DNA of 64,000 bases, taken from Podarcis melisellensis (taxonomy: Eukaryota). A model generated the notes under the pieces. That model was not told where the DNA came from and searched no databases. It saw nothing but the letters and a program-made list of their open reading frames with translations. The DNA is taken from NCBI GenBank assembly GCA_964234715.1, contig OZ174280.1. The stretch is one strand, 5' to 3'. How positions within the stretch are numbered: position 1 is the first letter of the stretch; every line of letters starts with the position of its first letter. Shown here piece by piece: positions 25,350 to 38,396 of the stretch. The translations under genes were made by a program, and so were the position numbers.

Positions 25350-25639
25350 TAGGGCTGTCTTACCCATAGGTGCTCGGGGTGTGGGGCACCTAGGCACTGG
25401 GCTCTCAGGGGTGCCAGTATGGGGCCCCAGAGTTGAGTACGGGGAAGACCCGGCATCACGGTGGGCTCTTCTGCTGCAGGCGGCTCTGCGCCGTGAGTTA
25501 GGGGGCGACCGAGCCAGCGAGACGCTGAGGCGGCTGGCCAGCTCCGCCCTCCTGCGCGCCTGGGACTGGGCAACCTGGGGGGGTGGGGCGCCAGGCGGAT
25601 CCTTGCAGCCCGGCGCCACATATGCTTAAGACAGCCCTG
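25350..25639. mobile_element. Non-autonomous hAT DNA transposon (290 bp, GC/CpG-rich)
   Basis: TIRs AGGGCTGTCTTA/TAAGACAGCCCT. Perfect 8-bp TSD TTCATAAA at 25342-25349 and 25640-25647. Confidence 0.88.
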
Positions 25640-26023
25640 TTCATAAACCATGGTTTATGCTAATGTTGGGCAGTAGTATTCGGCCCAGCAATTTTCACAT
25701 TTTGGAAAAAGGGGTTTAAAGAGAAAATAGAAAAGAAAAAGAATTTTTTAAAACATCCCAGTCACCTTTCATTAAGGTAAGCCACATGGCCAGGCATACA
25801 AAAAAGCTCTTAGAATTGCCCCCATATATATATAATGATTCAAATTTGATTTCTTTGGTCCGGGGCGGGGGCTGTCACCTGAACACTACCACCCAATGTA
25901 ATGTCAAAAAACAAAGCTGGGCTGAAAACTTTGGCCCAGCATAAACATTTACTCATTTCTCATACTGCCTTAAGAAACACTGATAAAACATGATTTCTTA
26001 AAGATACATGACCTCCTACTTAC

Positions 26024-26081
26024 CACCAAATAAAGCATGGTATAGAGGGAGAAGGAAGCATGTCCAGAAAAGAATGATTTC
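26024..26081 (-). CDS. PLPP3: Phospholipid phosphatase 3, coding exon 4 (58 nt), catalytic motif C2
   Basis: Acceptor tttgttttgcag| and donor |gtaagtag. Translates (R)KSFFSGHASFSLYTMLYLV with the SGH motif. Phase is compatible with exons 3 and 5. Confidence 0.96.
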
Positions 26082-27125
26082 CTGCAAAACAAAAGAAGCA
26101 AAGTAGCACACCTGTTTTGTTACTGGAGCAAATGGCCAAATGCTTTGGTTTTCTGAACAACACCTTTGCACTGTCATCAATAAAATCAAATATAACTCTC
26201 AACCCCTAAAATACCAAAACAGGAACAGCAGTTTAAAATTACTTAAGGATATGAAATTAAACAGTCCACACTGCCTGTCTATATTTACTTATTTATATGT
26301 CTCTAAGATGTCTCCTCCTCCCTACACATATATACTCATAGAGATGGCAATTTTAAATAAAATTCTGGCATGCAGCCATGCGGCCCAGGGCACTTACATA
26401 GCAGGTTTTACCATCTCCTAGTGCATAATCAGTTGGTCTCACCTATCTTCTTGAGGCAGTTTGGAACAGCAAGTTTTTTTAAAAAAGTTATAATTTAATC
26501 TGTCTTTCTTGATATGAAAAGCTTTCTGAAATTCCTTTACTTTTTTTTGTTATTAGTGACAAAACTATGGGTGCTTATCTTTATAAGTGGACTCAGATAT
26601 TTGCAAGCTTAAGTAGCCAAATCTATTTGCTACAAGGCTACATAGCTTATCTGAGTTAAGTTACACCTTCCTCAAAAAATGCTTCCTTTGTAAGGAGCAG
26701 TGATTTTTATAAAGTTAGGTGTATCGAATTCTTTTAGTTGTCCCCCACCATCACCACCCAGCAGCTTTTTATAATCTTTCTCACCTTTCCATTCTTAAGT
26801 TCTTCCCTTGGACAATTATCCATTGTTTGTTTAATGAAATATACTTGCAAATCTATCATTGAAACAGGACTTACAGTGATATTATTACACCCAGTGCAAG
26901 GGAATAAAAATTGGACAAATGACTTGCAAACTCGCGTGGAGGTATCAAGACTAAAGGAGAGCTATTACGTCTTTAAATTTACGGTTGAGAAAGTCAACCC
27001 GCTTGCTCATTCATTCAGGTTCCTCTGCCATTTTTCAAGGTGATTATGTAGGCAAACAAGGGTATCGTTTTTATTCAAGTCACAACACACTATTTCTGAT
27101 GGAAAGAGAGAGAGAAAGTTCTCAC

Positions 27126-27409
27126 CTGGCTTCCTGAACTTTGCTTTCATCATCGTTAAAGCACTGGTACTCTTGGATATAACCCTGAGAGCAGTTGATT
27201 AGTGTAAAATTCGGCCGGCAAACCGCAATGAAATTGGGCCTCAAACGTCCAACAGAGACTTTGGCGATGTCTGTGAAAGACTGGCTGATGGCACACCCAA
27301 AGGCAAAGCAACCCACTTGCTTGTACAGAGCTGCCACATAGGGGTTCTGGATGAAGGATCGGGATGTTTCCTTTAAACAATGGATCCGATAAAACTCTCC
27401 TATTATGAT
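27126..27409 (-). CDS. PLPP3: Phospholipid phosphatase 3, coding exon 3 (284 nt), catalytic motif C1
   Basis: Acceptor cccttacag| and donor |gtgag. Translates [95 protein letters not shown], containing KxxxxxxRP. Overlaps track ORF 27122..27337. Confidence 0.97.
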
Positions 27410-29144
27410 CTGTAAGGGAAAGATACGTATATGTTTAAGTAAGATAAGAAATTATGCATCCTTCATGAGCAGGCCACATGTCAATACAGTTTTATCGGAA
27501 CAGAGCGTACAGGTGTAGCTTTTTTAGATATCCCATTTCTCCCCTCAGAAACAATCCCACTTCACTGTATGATTAATCTGGGGGAGACAGAGCATCATGG
27601 TGCCTCTCTGTCTCCACCCACTGTTGAAATGGGCAAAACATATCCACTTGCGTTCCATTGCGTCAGCTTGAAGAAGTTCATGGATTTGCTTTGTTATGCT
27701 GGGCCAAGTTTCTGTGATTCCCTCCTCTTCCCCCCGGTAATTATTTAGGGTCTTTATTTGAGAAAAACATTCAAATGGCACCTAGTAACTCCCCTGTGAA
27801 TGCAGCCAAAATGACAAGGAAGGTACTTATTAGTATAGAGACAGACAACATTCCCCAAACAATTTACACGTCCCAAAGTTATTACTAGAGACTATCTTAT
27901 AAGTACAACTTGGAATGCAATAATAAATCTGAAGGCTTTGGGGGAATCTCTTACAATTGCAAAGGCTGCAAAACGAGAGCAATCATAGTAACTGTTATTC
28001 CATGCCTTAGCTTACAGGCAATGATGACAAGCCCAGTGATATCATTAGAAAGAACTTGTCTAGCTGCTTTCATTGGACGATCCTATCTACTTCTAAACAC
28101 CAAAGGAACAGAATCAAATCTAAGTGATGTGGGTGCTTTTGGCATCTTTATATATATGAGTCATTGGGCAATTGCACCTCAGACAAAGCTGGAAATAAGC
28201 TGCAGGTGTAGCCAAAAATAGCAGGTAATTCCACAAGCACAACAGTTCCTAAGCTGAGCTTTTCCAAGTCTGTCACCTGAACGGAGAGCTCTAAAAATTC
28301 TGCTCTAGTAATTGCAGCAAAACCTTAAGCGATGCAAGACCCCTGGGCCAATTCACATGTTTTTGAAAAGGAAGTCACTACAAAGGCACTTTCCCCTCTC
28401 TCTGTTTAAACAGAGCTAGTTCACATGTCACATTAAACCATAGTTAAAATAAACTATGGTTTAATGCAAATGAGCATACAATGCTAAGGTGCGCTGCTGA
28501 AATCACAGACACTTTGCTTCTTCTCCATAGCTGGGAAGCAAGCTATGGTCTAGCTTGTGTCATCTGATCCCAGGCTCGTAGTTTCTCTCCAGATAAACCA
28601 CAAGCAGAGACCAAGGTTTTCCTCTTTGACTGACATTCATGGCTTCTTTGGGATAAACACATCATGAGGGGTTGGGAGGGGGGTCCTGGTGCCATCACGT
28701 GACAGCAATAGGCCCAATTTGTTGTATTAGCCTGAGAGCTGGCACAGCAAGAAAACATTTTTTTGAGGTGGGGTGGTGGTTCTTTGCTCCTGGTCAGCAC
28801 AAGTGATAGGGCTGTGGTGCAGTGGTGACCATGATGCTCCATTAAACCCTGTCACTGGTGACCATGGGTTTAGATTTCCCTCTTAGCCCCGTATGATCTT
28901 CGAAACATTAGTCTATACTGGCAAAGAAAAAGTGCTTTATATGTGCTGTATATGCATTATAACATGGTGACACCAGATAGCACTGTGGAGTTCCGTTTTC
29001 GCCAACCCAATTTCTCATACAAAGTTTACAACGTGTTTAACTGAAACACTTCTTTGATGTGTCTAGATCCGGCCACTGTCCAATAATATTTTGTTAATTT
29101 ATATCGCACTTTTCAGAGCCAATTTTCTCATTTAATTTCTAGAC

Positions 29145-29476
29145 CAGGGGTCTGCAACCTTTAAGACAAAAAGAGCCACTTGGAACCGTTTCCGAAGAAG
29201 AAAGAAACTGGGAGCCGCAAAACCATTGCGACATTTAAAACAAATATATCTCCGGAGCCGCGATCTGACAGCGGGCGGGAAGGTGACGTCGGGACGGTGC
29301 ATGACTAATGCACGCACCGCCCCCATGCGACGTCACAGCCAGTATAGCGCCCGCCACAGTGGGGAGCGTCGGGGCGCACAATGTACCTCCTCCCCTCGCT
29401 AATATCCGCCCCGGAGCCGCGGCAAAGGTGTAAAAGAGCCACATGCGGCTCCGGAGCCGCGGGTTGCAGACCCCTG
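29145..29476. mobile_element. Young non-autonomous hAT (Charlie/Buster-type) transposon (332 bp)
   Basis: Perfect 15-bp TIRs CAGGGGTCTGCAACC/GGTTGCAGACCCCTG, 8-bp TSD ttctagac/ctctagac (nTCTAGAn target), four GGAGCCGC subterminal repeats, CpG-rich. Confidence 0.92.
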
Positions 29477-32400
29477 CTCTAGACGGATGGAAGAATAGGC
29501 TCCTTCTCAACTCTTAGGCGAGGTAGGTCGAAATTGCATATACGTTCTTGGGGGAGCATAGGTTGCTCTCCAATCATGAGTGTTCCTCAACTTCTTAAGC
29601 ATGGGATTCTGGTAGATGGAGCAAACAGTTTTGTGGATCTCACATATAGCAAGCTTATTTCTGTTGTGACTCCACTGGGATCATTCACAGGGGGAAAAGG
29701 AGGGTCACAAGCTGCTACAGGACCAGTTATCCCAGGTTGTGTGCAGGGCACTAGTCAATGAGCAAGGAGGAAACTGGGTTGCTTTACCATCTCCTAGGTT
29801 GCTGAGGGTGGGAATAAGTACACATTTTCTGCTTCAGCTATTAAATTTTAGATGTCATCCTAAATTGTCTAAATGTACACCTTTCGCATGTGATCAACAT
29901 AGGTACAGTTGGCCAGATTCCAGGATTAACTGTAGTTCCTTGCTTGACTGCATGCTCCCATAAAGTGCAAAATGGTTCTTGTTATAATTTCTTAAAATTG
30001 TGGGAAACACAGTTCATACCTGCACACACTTTTCTGTTGCTCTTCCTACAATGCAGCATGTTTCTGGGAGCACGACCCAAGAACCCTTGAACCATACACT
30101 GTAAGTATTTCCTGTGCCACATCTAGAGGGAATGTTCTAGACTTGACACTAATGCTATCAATCATCATTATGAACTTGGTTTCCTGGCTTCTTATAATCT
30201 CAAGCTTTTAAAGGCAGTTTAATGAAAATCAGGCTGTGAAATCAATTCCAAATGTCACACCTCCAGGAAAGAGGCAAAAAGCTTAAATTGTTCTTTGTCA
30301 CGTTACCCAAGTAGATTTTTTGAGCTCTGGTTTTACATTTTTAGGATTTTATTAATTACTTCACTGTTTTTATACCTCTGTAATAAAATAGGTTCTTTTC
30401 CTCCCTCTCCCTCTACATGTTTTTTTATTCTGGCCAATAGAAGAATATACACATTCAATGGCCAGAAAAATGCCTTCATGCAAATCAATCTCTGAAACAG
30501 CCAGTAATATTACTCGCAACATGGAAACATTGCCAATTACAGACACACACATAAATTCATTCTAATTTACTTTTCTCCCCTTCACCACAAAGTCTTTGTG
30601 TACCAGCTATCACTAAAATGAATCTGTAAAGCTATTTAGCTTAATATACTAATTAAGCAAAACAAGGAAATAACTATTAAGAGCAACAAAGCCTGCTTCA
30701 CTAGATACGGAAACACAATTTTTTATATTGTAATGCTTCTGGGGGATGGTGTATTGTTGTTTTTTTCAATATTGTTGCCCAGCTACAAATGGAATGCAGG
30801 CAACATGCTAATATAAGGATGCTTAGAAGGTTCAGAAAGGATTGCTTTTCACATGTCACACCACCAAACAGTTTCCTTGCAGGTTTATCCACAAAAGAGA
30901 GAAGGAAATGGCTAGCTCTCTTATAGATGTTTCATAGAAGGGGGGTGTCTGTTTTGCTGATTATAAGATTTACAAGAATAAGAGTTATTAATAATGTGCC
31001 ACAAGCTGTAAGTGTAGTATTCTTAGTATTCTGCTTAGAACCCTATGGGGGTGAGGCAAAGGAAGACCCTAGAAGGTAGCAAGCAATCCAGTTTACAGGA
31101 CAAAAAAGAATGCAAAGTTTAAAGGCTACAGACATAAGAGGTACTGAGAAGACTAACTACAGGAAACTGGGTTTCCTGGTTTGGGAAGGTTTGTATTGTA
31201 AGGTGCAAAACCTGAAACTGAAGGAACATTCAGAAATGTAGGTAGAATGAGGCAGTTGGGTGGGGATGGGAAAGAGGAGAAAGGGACATGGATTCACTGA
31301 AATTACAAGCATTCATAGCTACTTCATGGAAGAGTGTCTAGAAAAAGTGTGGGCTTGCTAGTTTAATTTCTTTTGTTTAGTCGGCAGAAAAACAGCACAT
31401 ACTGAAGAGCTGCGTTGTCATATTCCCCTCCCCCCTCCACCGGAAATTAATATTGCGGTTCCTGGGGCTTCACCCAGGCTGTCTAGGTTTAGGAGCTAAC
31501 CTGTTCCAGAATCCCATGCAAGCCCTGGAGAACACAAGTGCTGCACATCTGATGGCTTATCTCGACTGTTGGACCATCTTCAAATGCAGGCGATCGGCCA
31601 GAGTCTACGTTTGCATGTGGGGCGAATAAAAGCATCTGAATCTCAGCATCTCCTCCTTTGGCAGAACGCAATTAATTTGCCAGATGGCCTCTAATGGTTA
31701 TTTACAGCCAGGGCCTCTCTCCGACAACCGTAGCATCAGTTTCTTTTTCCTATTGCTCATTTACTGGAGGATGAGTCTCTTACAAATCCCCTGTGGCTTT
31801 TGTGGACACTTGGGAATGCATTTCCACCACATATGCACAAGCAAAAGTGGCCTGTAGGAGCACTACATTCAAAAAGTACAAATATGTATAAGGGAGATGC
31901 ACATGTGTTCAGCCGCTTCAGAGGAGATTCTATGCTTCCCAGCTGTCCTGGGATGGGGATGCAAATGATCAATGTAAAAACAAAAAAACAACAACTGGAA
32001 ATCTGCATTTTACAGTGGTTGAGCCTTTTGCTCCATACGAACGTGGGTCAGCATAACAAACTGAATTAAGGAAAGAGCGTAACAATAAGTGCTCCACCAT
32101 TTTATTCTTAACACATGGAGCCTCTTAAACCATAGATGCCTGTCCTGAGATAGACATGGGAATATTTTGACCAGGCCAACAAAGGCTAGGGATTAATATT
32201 TTCTCTCGCTGCTGGTGGTCCTGGTAATTGCACAGATGTAGCAGACTGTAAATTGGAGACTTCAGCCCCCCACCAGCACAACAGTGTGTAGCCATGACCC
32301 GTCCTGCTTTAGCTGAAATCAGGGCCGGACCTTTAATGAGAAGCTGAAGTAGGATAAACTTGTTCTTTTGGCAACGCTGTCCCTGATTAAAAAAAAAGGG

Positions 32401-33951
32401 GGGGGGAGAAAGCTCAAGCAACTAATTCAGCACAGATGTGCAAAAGCTGAAACTTCATCCTGAATAAACAAGTCTTAAAGATATTAAGCTCCTCTTCTGA
32501 CTTGTGTCTCCAGCAAGTAGTATGCATGTGGTGTGAACTGCTGGAAACGCTTAAAGGGGAGCAAAGCTGGTAAGGGACAAAGTGCAAAATGGCCCAGTAT
32601 TTGGAAAGCATGGCTGCAAATCCGTTTTCATCAAATCCTTGAAAGGTCTCTGTGCAATTAGTTTCTATTATTCAGTCACCCTAGCGATCTCTCCTGACCA
32701 CCGCCAACCATGCTTCATTTTCAAGTTACTGTGAAACACCCCCCCCCAAAAAAAATCTAATAGGATGGGGAGATTTAAATAAATTAAACACACTTCTCTC
32801 TGTTTTGTTTGCACTGGTTTTGACTCTACTAAGTGCAACTGTTTCTATTTTTGCTTTAAACAAAACTTTTAAGATGCCATGCAAGTGCATGCAAAGAGAG
32901 ACACGAGGAAGCAGGCTAACTTTCACTTTAACTAGGTCACTGGTTCAAATTTACAGTGGACTGGTAGTGCCTTTTCCTCTGCTAAGGTGAAATTCACCTC
33001 TTTAGAGAACAGAAAAGGCTCTGTATAATTGAGGAGATACATGTTTACATAGAAACAAGTCCTACTATGTATACCAGGATACATTCCCATGTAAGCATGC
33101 ATAGGATTTGTGTTCTTAAGTAGCAGAAGGTCACATGTCTCCTTTGTACAAGATGAACTTTTCTTACAGGAGATGAAGTCGGGTAGAGATGCCAATAGGG
33201 GACCAGGCATTGCTTATTTACTGAAATGTGCAGAGAGAAGGGCCATCAGTCACAAATGTGAGACTTTACTAGATGGCCAGTAAGTAGAAGTTTGCATAGA
33301 AGTTTGCAGCCATGACTTGTGGATAACATGAGGTCCTGAAAGGTCAAACCAAGCCATATTTTCTAAAGTAAAAGAAATACAATGTGGGGTAAGATTTGGG
33401 AATATTTAGGGGAGGTCTGGAAAGCACAATCCCCTAAGGCAATTAGTATCTCAAGGGCCTTGTGCATTCATATCCTCCCATGTACTGATGGAGACAAAGG
33501 TCACAGCCTCTGGTATTTACTTAACAAGAACTTTGTGGGCCTTGCAAGCCCCATAAAACATGACCTAGACCTTTTGGTCTAGATGAGGGAGTCTATTGAT
33601 GACACTATATAAAATAAAGGGTTAGCAGTGTGAAAATGATTGTCTTGCTTATTGTCCCCCAATGCCCTTATGCCAGCTATGGAGTGTTTGGAAAGCAAAT
33701 ACATCAAATTTAAAGGGGATAATTAGTACTCAGTGAATTTAGGGTGAATTCCAGTTGTGCTACAATAATCCTGGCATCTAAGTAATGCCTTCTGGGTGGT
33801 GGTGGGAAATATATGTACTGTATGTGCAGAATGAGAGTTAAAATCTCACCACTGGTCGCCACTTGGTGGAAAACCGTTTTTCTAGATGGTATCGTATATA
33901 TGGATTTAAACAGCTTTATAAACTGAAAATTGTTGGTGTTATGGAATAGAG

Positions 33952-34069
33952 CAGGAATGAGGATGTTGTGCCCCTCCAGATGTTGCTGCACTACAACTCC
34001 CATCATCCCTGACCAATCCTGATCAGTGCTGATGGAAGTTGGAGTCCAAAAACATGTTGCCCACTTCTG
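33952..34069. mobile_element. Palindromic hAT MITE (same class as 21247)
   Basis: ccctccagatgttg..actacaactcccatcatccctgacc...gatggaagttggagtcc core. Confidence 0.7.
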
Positions 34070-37000
34070 ATAGAGAGAAAGTGAACGTTTACTTCATGCG
34101 TGGTGTTTTCTTGTTGTTTCTAGGTCTGCATGTATGCCTGCATGATGTAGCAGTTGGCGTGTGGCAATTTTACATGTATATTTATTGATACAATACTAAA
34201 AATACAACAAATTTTCCCTATCTTCTCCCATCATAAATAAAAAATAAAAATTCTAAATCCATTTCTTTGCCTGCTTGATAAGATTGGCAATCCTCCACAA
34301 TAAAAGTGCTGTATTGTTTTGTATTTTCCATACCCGGTTGCTTTTGTTGGGAAAGCTGCAAATATGGCAGAGAATCAGCTATTTTACGTCAGAGTGGCTG
34401 GGGTTTTCTTTCTCTCTCCCCCCCCCACCCCACACCCCAGTTTTTAATTAGCCTGCCATTTTGTGTTAGAAAGTTGACGGATTATATAGTCAGCTGATTA
34501 TGTTTCCAGCCACATTTTCAGCACTAATAATACACACCACTGGCTTGCTCCTGATCAGAAGCAGATTCTGCAAGGAGCCCAAATGACGGTATGTTAGGCA
34601 ATAACATGGAAATGAAAAGCTTTTTCACTTTCATTTATGGCCTTTCTATAATGGGAAAGTTCCCCTGCAGGATAAAATTCCTTCTTGTTTATAGGTTTAT
34701 TCATTTTCTCTTTGAATGCAAAAATAACTGGTTATTGGGGCTATTTAGTTGATAGAGCACTTAGTAGGAACAGACTTTGTTGACAAATAATGGCAGGAGG
34801 AAGTTTTAATAGCCGTGAAGCAAAGAAACCTAGAATGGATGTGGGGGTTGGGGAGTCACATAAAGGTTGGGCAGACCTAACACAATGGTTGGCCAACCCA
34901 AGCACACAAAACTCTTGGACGCTACAACCAAGGGTTTTGCTATAGATTGCCCTCTGTCATTGTGTTTTATTTTGTTTTTATTTTATTTTACATCACTTGA
35001 AGCAGCAGGAACTTGGTTTGTAGACAGAGGGAGAAATAAGTGGGGCTAGGCTAAAAGTCACAATCAAAAGTATATGCGATCTGCATGTTAAAATTATGTG
35101 ACTGATGAAATTACTTTTCTTAATACGCCGGGTCTTAGCCTGCTATACAACTTAGCATTTTGAAGAATGTCCTCAAAGTCCTGAAGGACAGAACCTACAA
35201 CTGGCAGGAGTAGGCCATGTTCAAACAAGAGAAGTTGTCAACTGAAATACTTGCTGGCATTTATCATTATTCCCACTCTTCATTTGGGAAGCTCAACAAT
35301 GGTCTCCTCTCTAGACGCTAACAAATCTGAGAGCTGTTTAAAACAATTATTCTGCAAATAACAATAATTCTATAAGAATATTATAATGATTTCCGGCATA
35401 GAAAGGAAATTCCAGTCATGAGATAGTGTGCAGAAGGAACATGTGGCTCCCAGTTGCATTCAGCTGAACAGGTTTTCAATCCCACTTCTTACCTCAGAAA
35501 GGTCACCAATGCAGGTGTTGTGGGGCAGGAACACTCTTACATTCCCCAAGCCAACTGTAATTTAGACCTTCATGGAAACTATGTGTAAACTCTTGGTTTG
35601 CTTAGAAGTACAACCCATCTTCCCTTTGCCTAATTTCAAATGTAGTACCAAACCATGGTTTAGTGCTAGGAAAAAACCCTCAGGTTCAGCTTCTCCCTCT
35701 CATCCTCTTCCCTCGTTACTTCCTGTTTTCAACAAACCATAGCTTGCCAATACAACCGCACCGTAGCTTCGACTTGCCATGCAAACCAGGGTTTATTCCT
35801 AGTTTGTAGAGAAAATACAAATGAGAGTTTGTCAGGTTGGAGGTAACAACAAACCACAGTTTTCAGCCCAACACACAAATGTAAAGTTCCTCTAGATCTG
35901 TTTTCTTAGCACCAAATCATAGTTTGGCATCATATTTGAACTGAACTACTCAGTTTGTAAAGTGGTCATCAATGCAATCATATGAGCAACCTCCATTCAT
36001 AAGCCTGGGCTGAGAATATGCCTCCATTTACTGACAAATACCCAGCTGCCCCCTCTCCATGAAGCAGCATCTTTTTCAACAATGAGAAAATGTTTCAGAG
36101 ATCCAAAGGAAAAGAACATGCAAACAGAATTATCTATCTTAATGCAAAGGATACTGGGAACACAGACATTGCCCCTTCCCTTCGGCCTCCCAAGTTTCAA
36201 ATTTCCTTTCAAAATCTGCCTCCTTAGTAGATATCAGAACCTAATACTGTCTGCAAAACATTTCCAGGCAGTCAGTGGCTGGCTGCAAAGCAGAACATAC
36301 TTCACAACCCAACATGAAATACGGGATATGTAAATACCACAAAGCGTACCAGAATGCAGACAATGTACACCAAATCCTTCAAGACGCTAAATTTTTGCCG
36401 AACAAGCACGTAGTTGCTGAGCTGGAAAATGTCTCCTACATTGGTTGTTCAATGAAATTTATGGGATTTGGCTCACTTGTATGGTTTTGGAAGGAACGTT
36501 TTGTCCCCAACTCGGAGTTTGTTTCTAGCGTACTTCTGGATTAGATAACTAATCATGCTCTTCATACAGTAGAGACTGCCTAACAACTGTTGTGTTCTCC
36601 AGATGTTGCACGCCACAACTCTGGCCGTCCCTGACCATTGGTCCTGCTGGCTGGCGCTGAAGGGAGCTGTCGTTCACAACATCTGTGCTGAAGAGCCCTC
36701 TTCAGATATTATGGCCCACACAGTTAATTTTAGGGACTGGGAGAGCAGGGTTAGGCCCCAGTGGCCTCATCCCTGCATTTCTAACTGCCTGGTGCAGCCT
36801 TGTTGTCATTCACACTGCCTGAACTATGGCACCTGGTGTATATCTTCACACAATTTACCGTCCTGATCATTCAGGCATTCTAAAGTATGCACAGGGCCTA
36901 CGCATGTAAGCAGGCTGCCTGCTTCAAACTTTCAGAGCAATGCATAGGCAGCAGCAAGGCCAAACCACCAGGGTCATGGCCAAGGCGGCGGTGGGAGCAA

Positions 37001-37402
37001 GCACAGCCTCCCCACTCACACCATGATAAGCATGTAATGGGTGCAGTGTTAGAAACTCAGATATCTAAGCTAATCGCCAAATGGCACCTTAAGTCTGGGT
37101 TATGGTCACCACAATGTTATGTCTAGGTGCCATTCCTCCCCTCCCCCCCCCCCAGCAATGGTGTTTGTTGCTATTATTGTGGTTCTTATTATTATCTCAT
37201 TTCTACACCACTTTACATTTTAAAGAAAAAATCTCCAAGCGGTTTACAACACATTGAAACATAAAAACAAACAAACCCAATCCGATATAAAACAAATTCA
37301 AGCTTCCAGGAAAATATTTCATATCCTTCTCTAAGTGACATTTTGCTTTCCCTGTATTTATTTACATAATTTATAGAGCTGCCCCATAGCAGAAGAACTC
37401 TA

Positions 37403-37590
37403 GGAAGCCAATGTGGTGGGGTGGTTAGAGTGCTGGACTAAGACCTGGGTTCAAATCCCCCACTCAGTCATGAAGCTCACTGGGTGACCTTGGAGTCAGT
37501 CACAGCCTCTTAACCTACCTCGCAGGGTTGTTGTAGAGATTAACTGAGGAAAAGTTGTACCCTGTAGGATGGGATATAAGATAATAAATG
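37403..37590 (+). mobile_element. MIR-like / Squam2 tRNA-derived SINE
   Basis: A/B-box-like head gtggttagagtgctggac...gggttcaaatccc and CORE-like gggtgaccttgg...aacctacctcgcagggttgttgt. Confidence 0.75.
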
Positions 37591-38238
37591 AGCTCTTCTG
37601 CTTACCTGCTTAAGAAAGCTGGAGGGCTCAGCCAAATGAAGATGTCAGTCGCCAAACTGGCATCCAGAGATCTCCATGTGCTTGCAATTGGACTTGTGCC
37701 AGTCACAAAATGCACCTGGCACCTGGCTAATTTCTATCTGGATAATATCATAGCTTCTTGAATCAAATGATATACAGATTAATTTGGTCTGCAGTGTGAT
37801 TTGAGTGGTGGCTATACTGAAAGCTATTTTCTCAAAGCCAGTGAACCCACAAGCCCCTCCCTTCAAAAGTTTATCCTTGTCAATGCTGTATTATCAGCAA
37901 TGCACATGACCCTGATGGGGTAACAAACAAAAGGCAGGTCCCCGCTGCAGTGGGTTTAGGGAATTATTCCATAATAAGTTGTTTGAAGATTTCAGTTTAA
38001 GAGCTGCCACTTAAGGTATGATCTGGTTTGCATTAATTCCACAAAGACATCAACGTTTTTCAGTAACAAAGTATTTAGAACCACTAATGTTTGATTAGTC
38101 GACATCCTAACTTTTATTTATGTAAAATCAATAAAACAAGAACAGAACAGAAAAAATAGGCATGTTGTTTGGTACTGGGTGTTTATTTTTATAGTACAGG
38201 GAGCTGAAATAAAACCGCAGTCGTTTTGTCCTACTTAC

Positions 38239-38396
38239 AGCAAGTATGGCTATAAGAATGCCTGCAGCACAAAGGACAGCATCGTTGATGGTCTCTCCAC
38301 TTTTCAGAGGGTAGCGAATGCTTTCATCGTTACAGTAAAATCCCCGCTTATAGGGTGGGATTGTGCTTGTTTCGATTATCAGAAATGGCAGGCCAG
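38239..38396 (-). CDS. PLPP3: Phospholipid phosphatase 3, coding exon 2 (158 nt)
   Basis: Acceptor ttttctccctctag| and donor |gtaagtag. Translates (A)[52 protein letters not shown], the [12 protein letters not shown] motif of the LPP family. Confidence 0.96.

Noticed and set aside
25303-25651. Three overlapping ~100-aa GC-rich ORFs, possible CpG-island promoter or PLPP3 exon 1
   Set aside because: They coincide with a TIR/TSD-bounded transposon inside intron 4 and show no similarity to the LPP3 N-terminus.
33850-33872. CTCF-like motif (minus strand CCACCAAGTGGCGA), with similar partial matches at about 12012 and 28970
   Set aside because: Mismatches at core positions. Not supportable without ChIP or conservation data.
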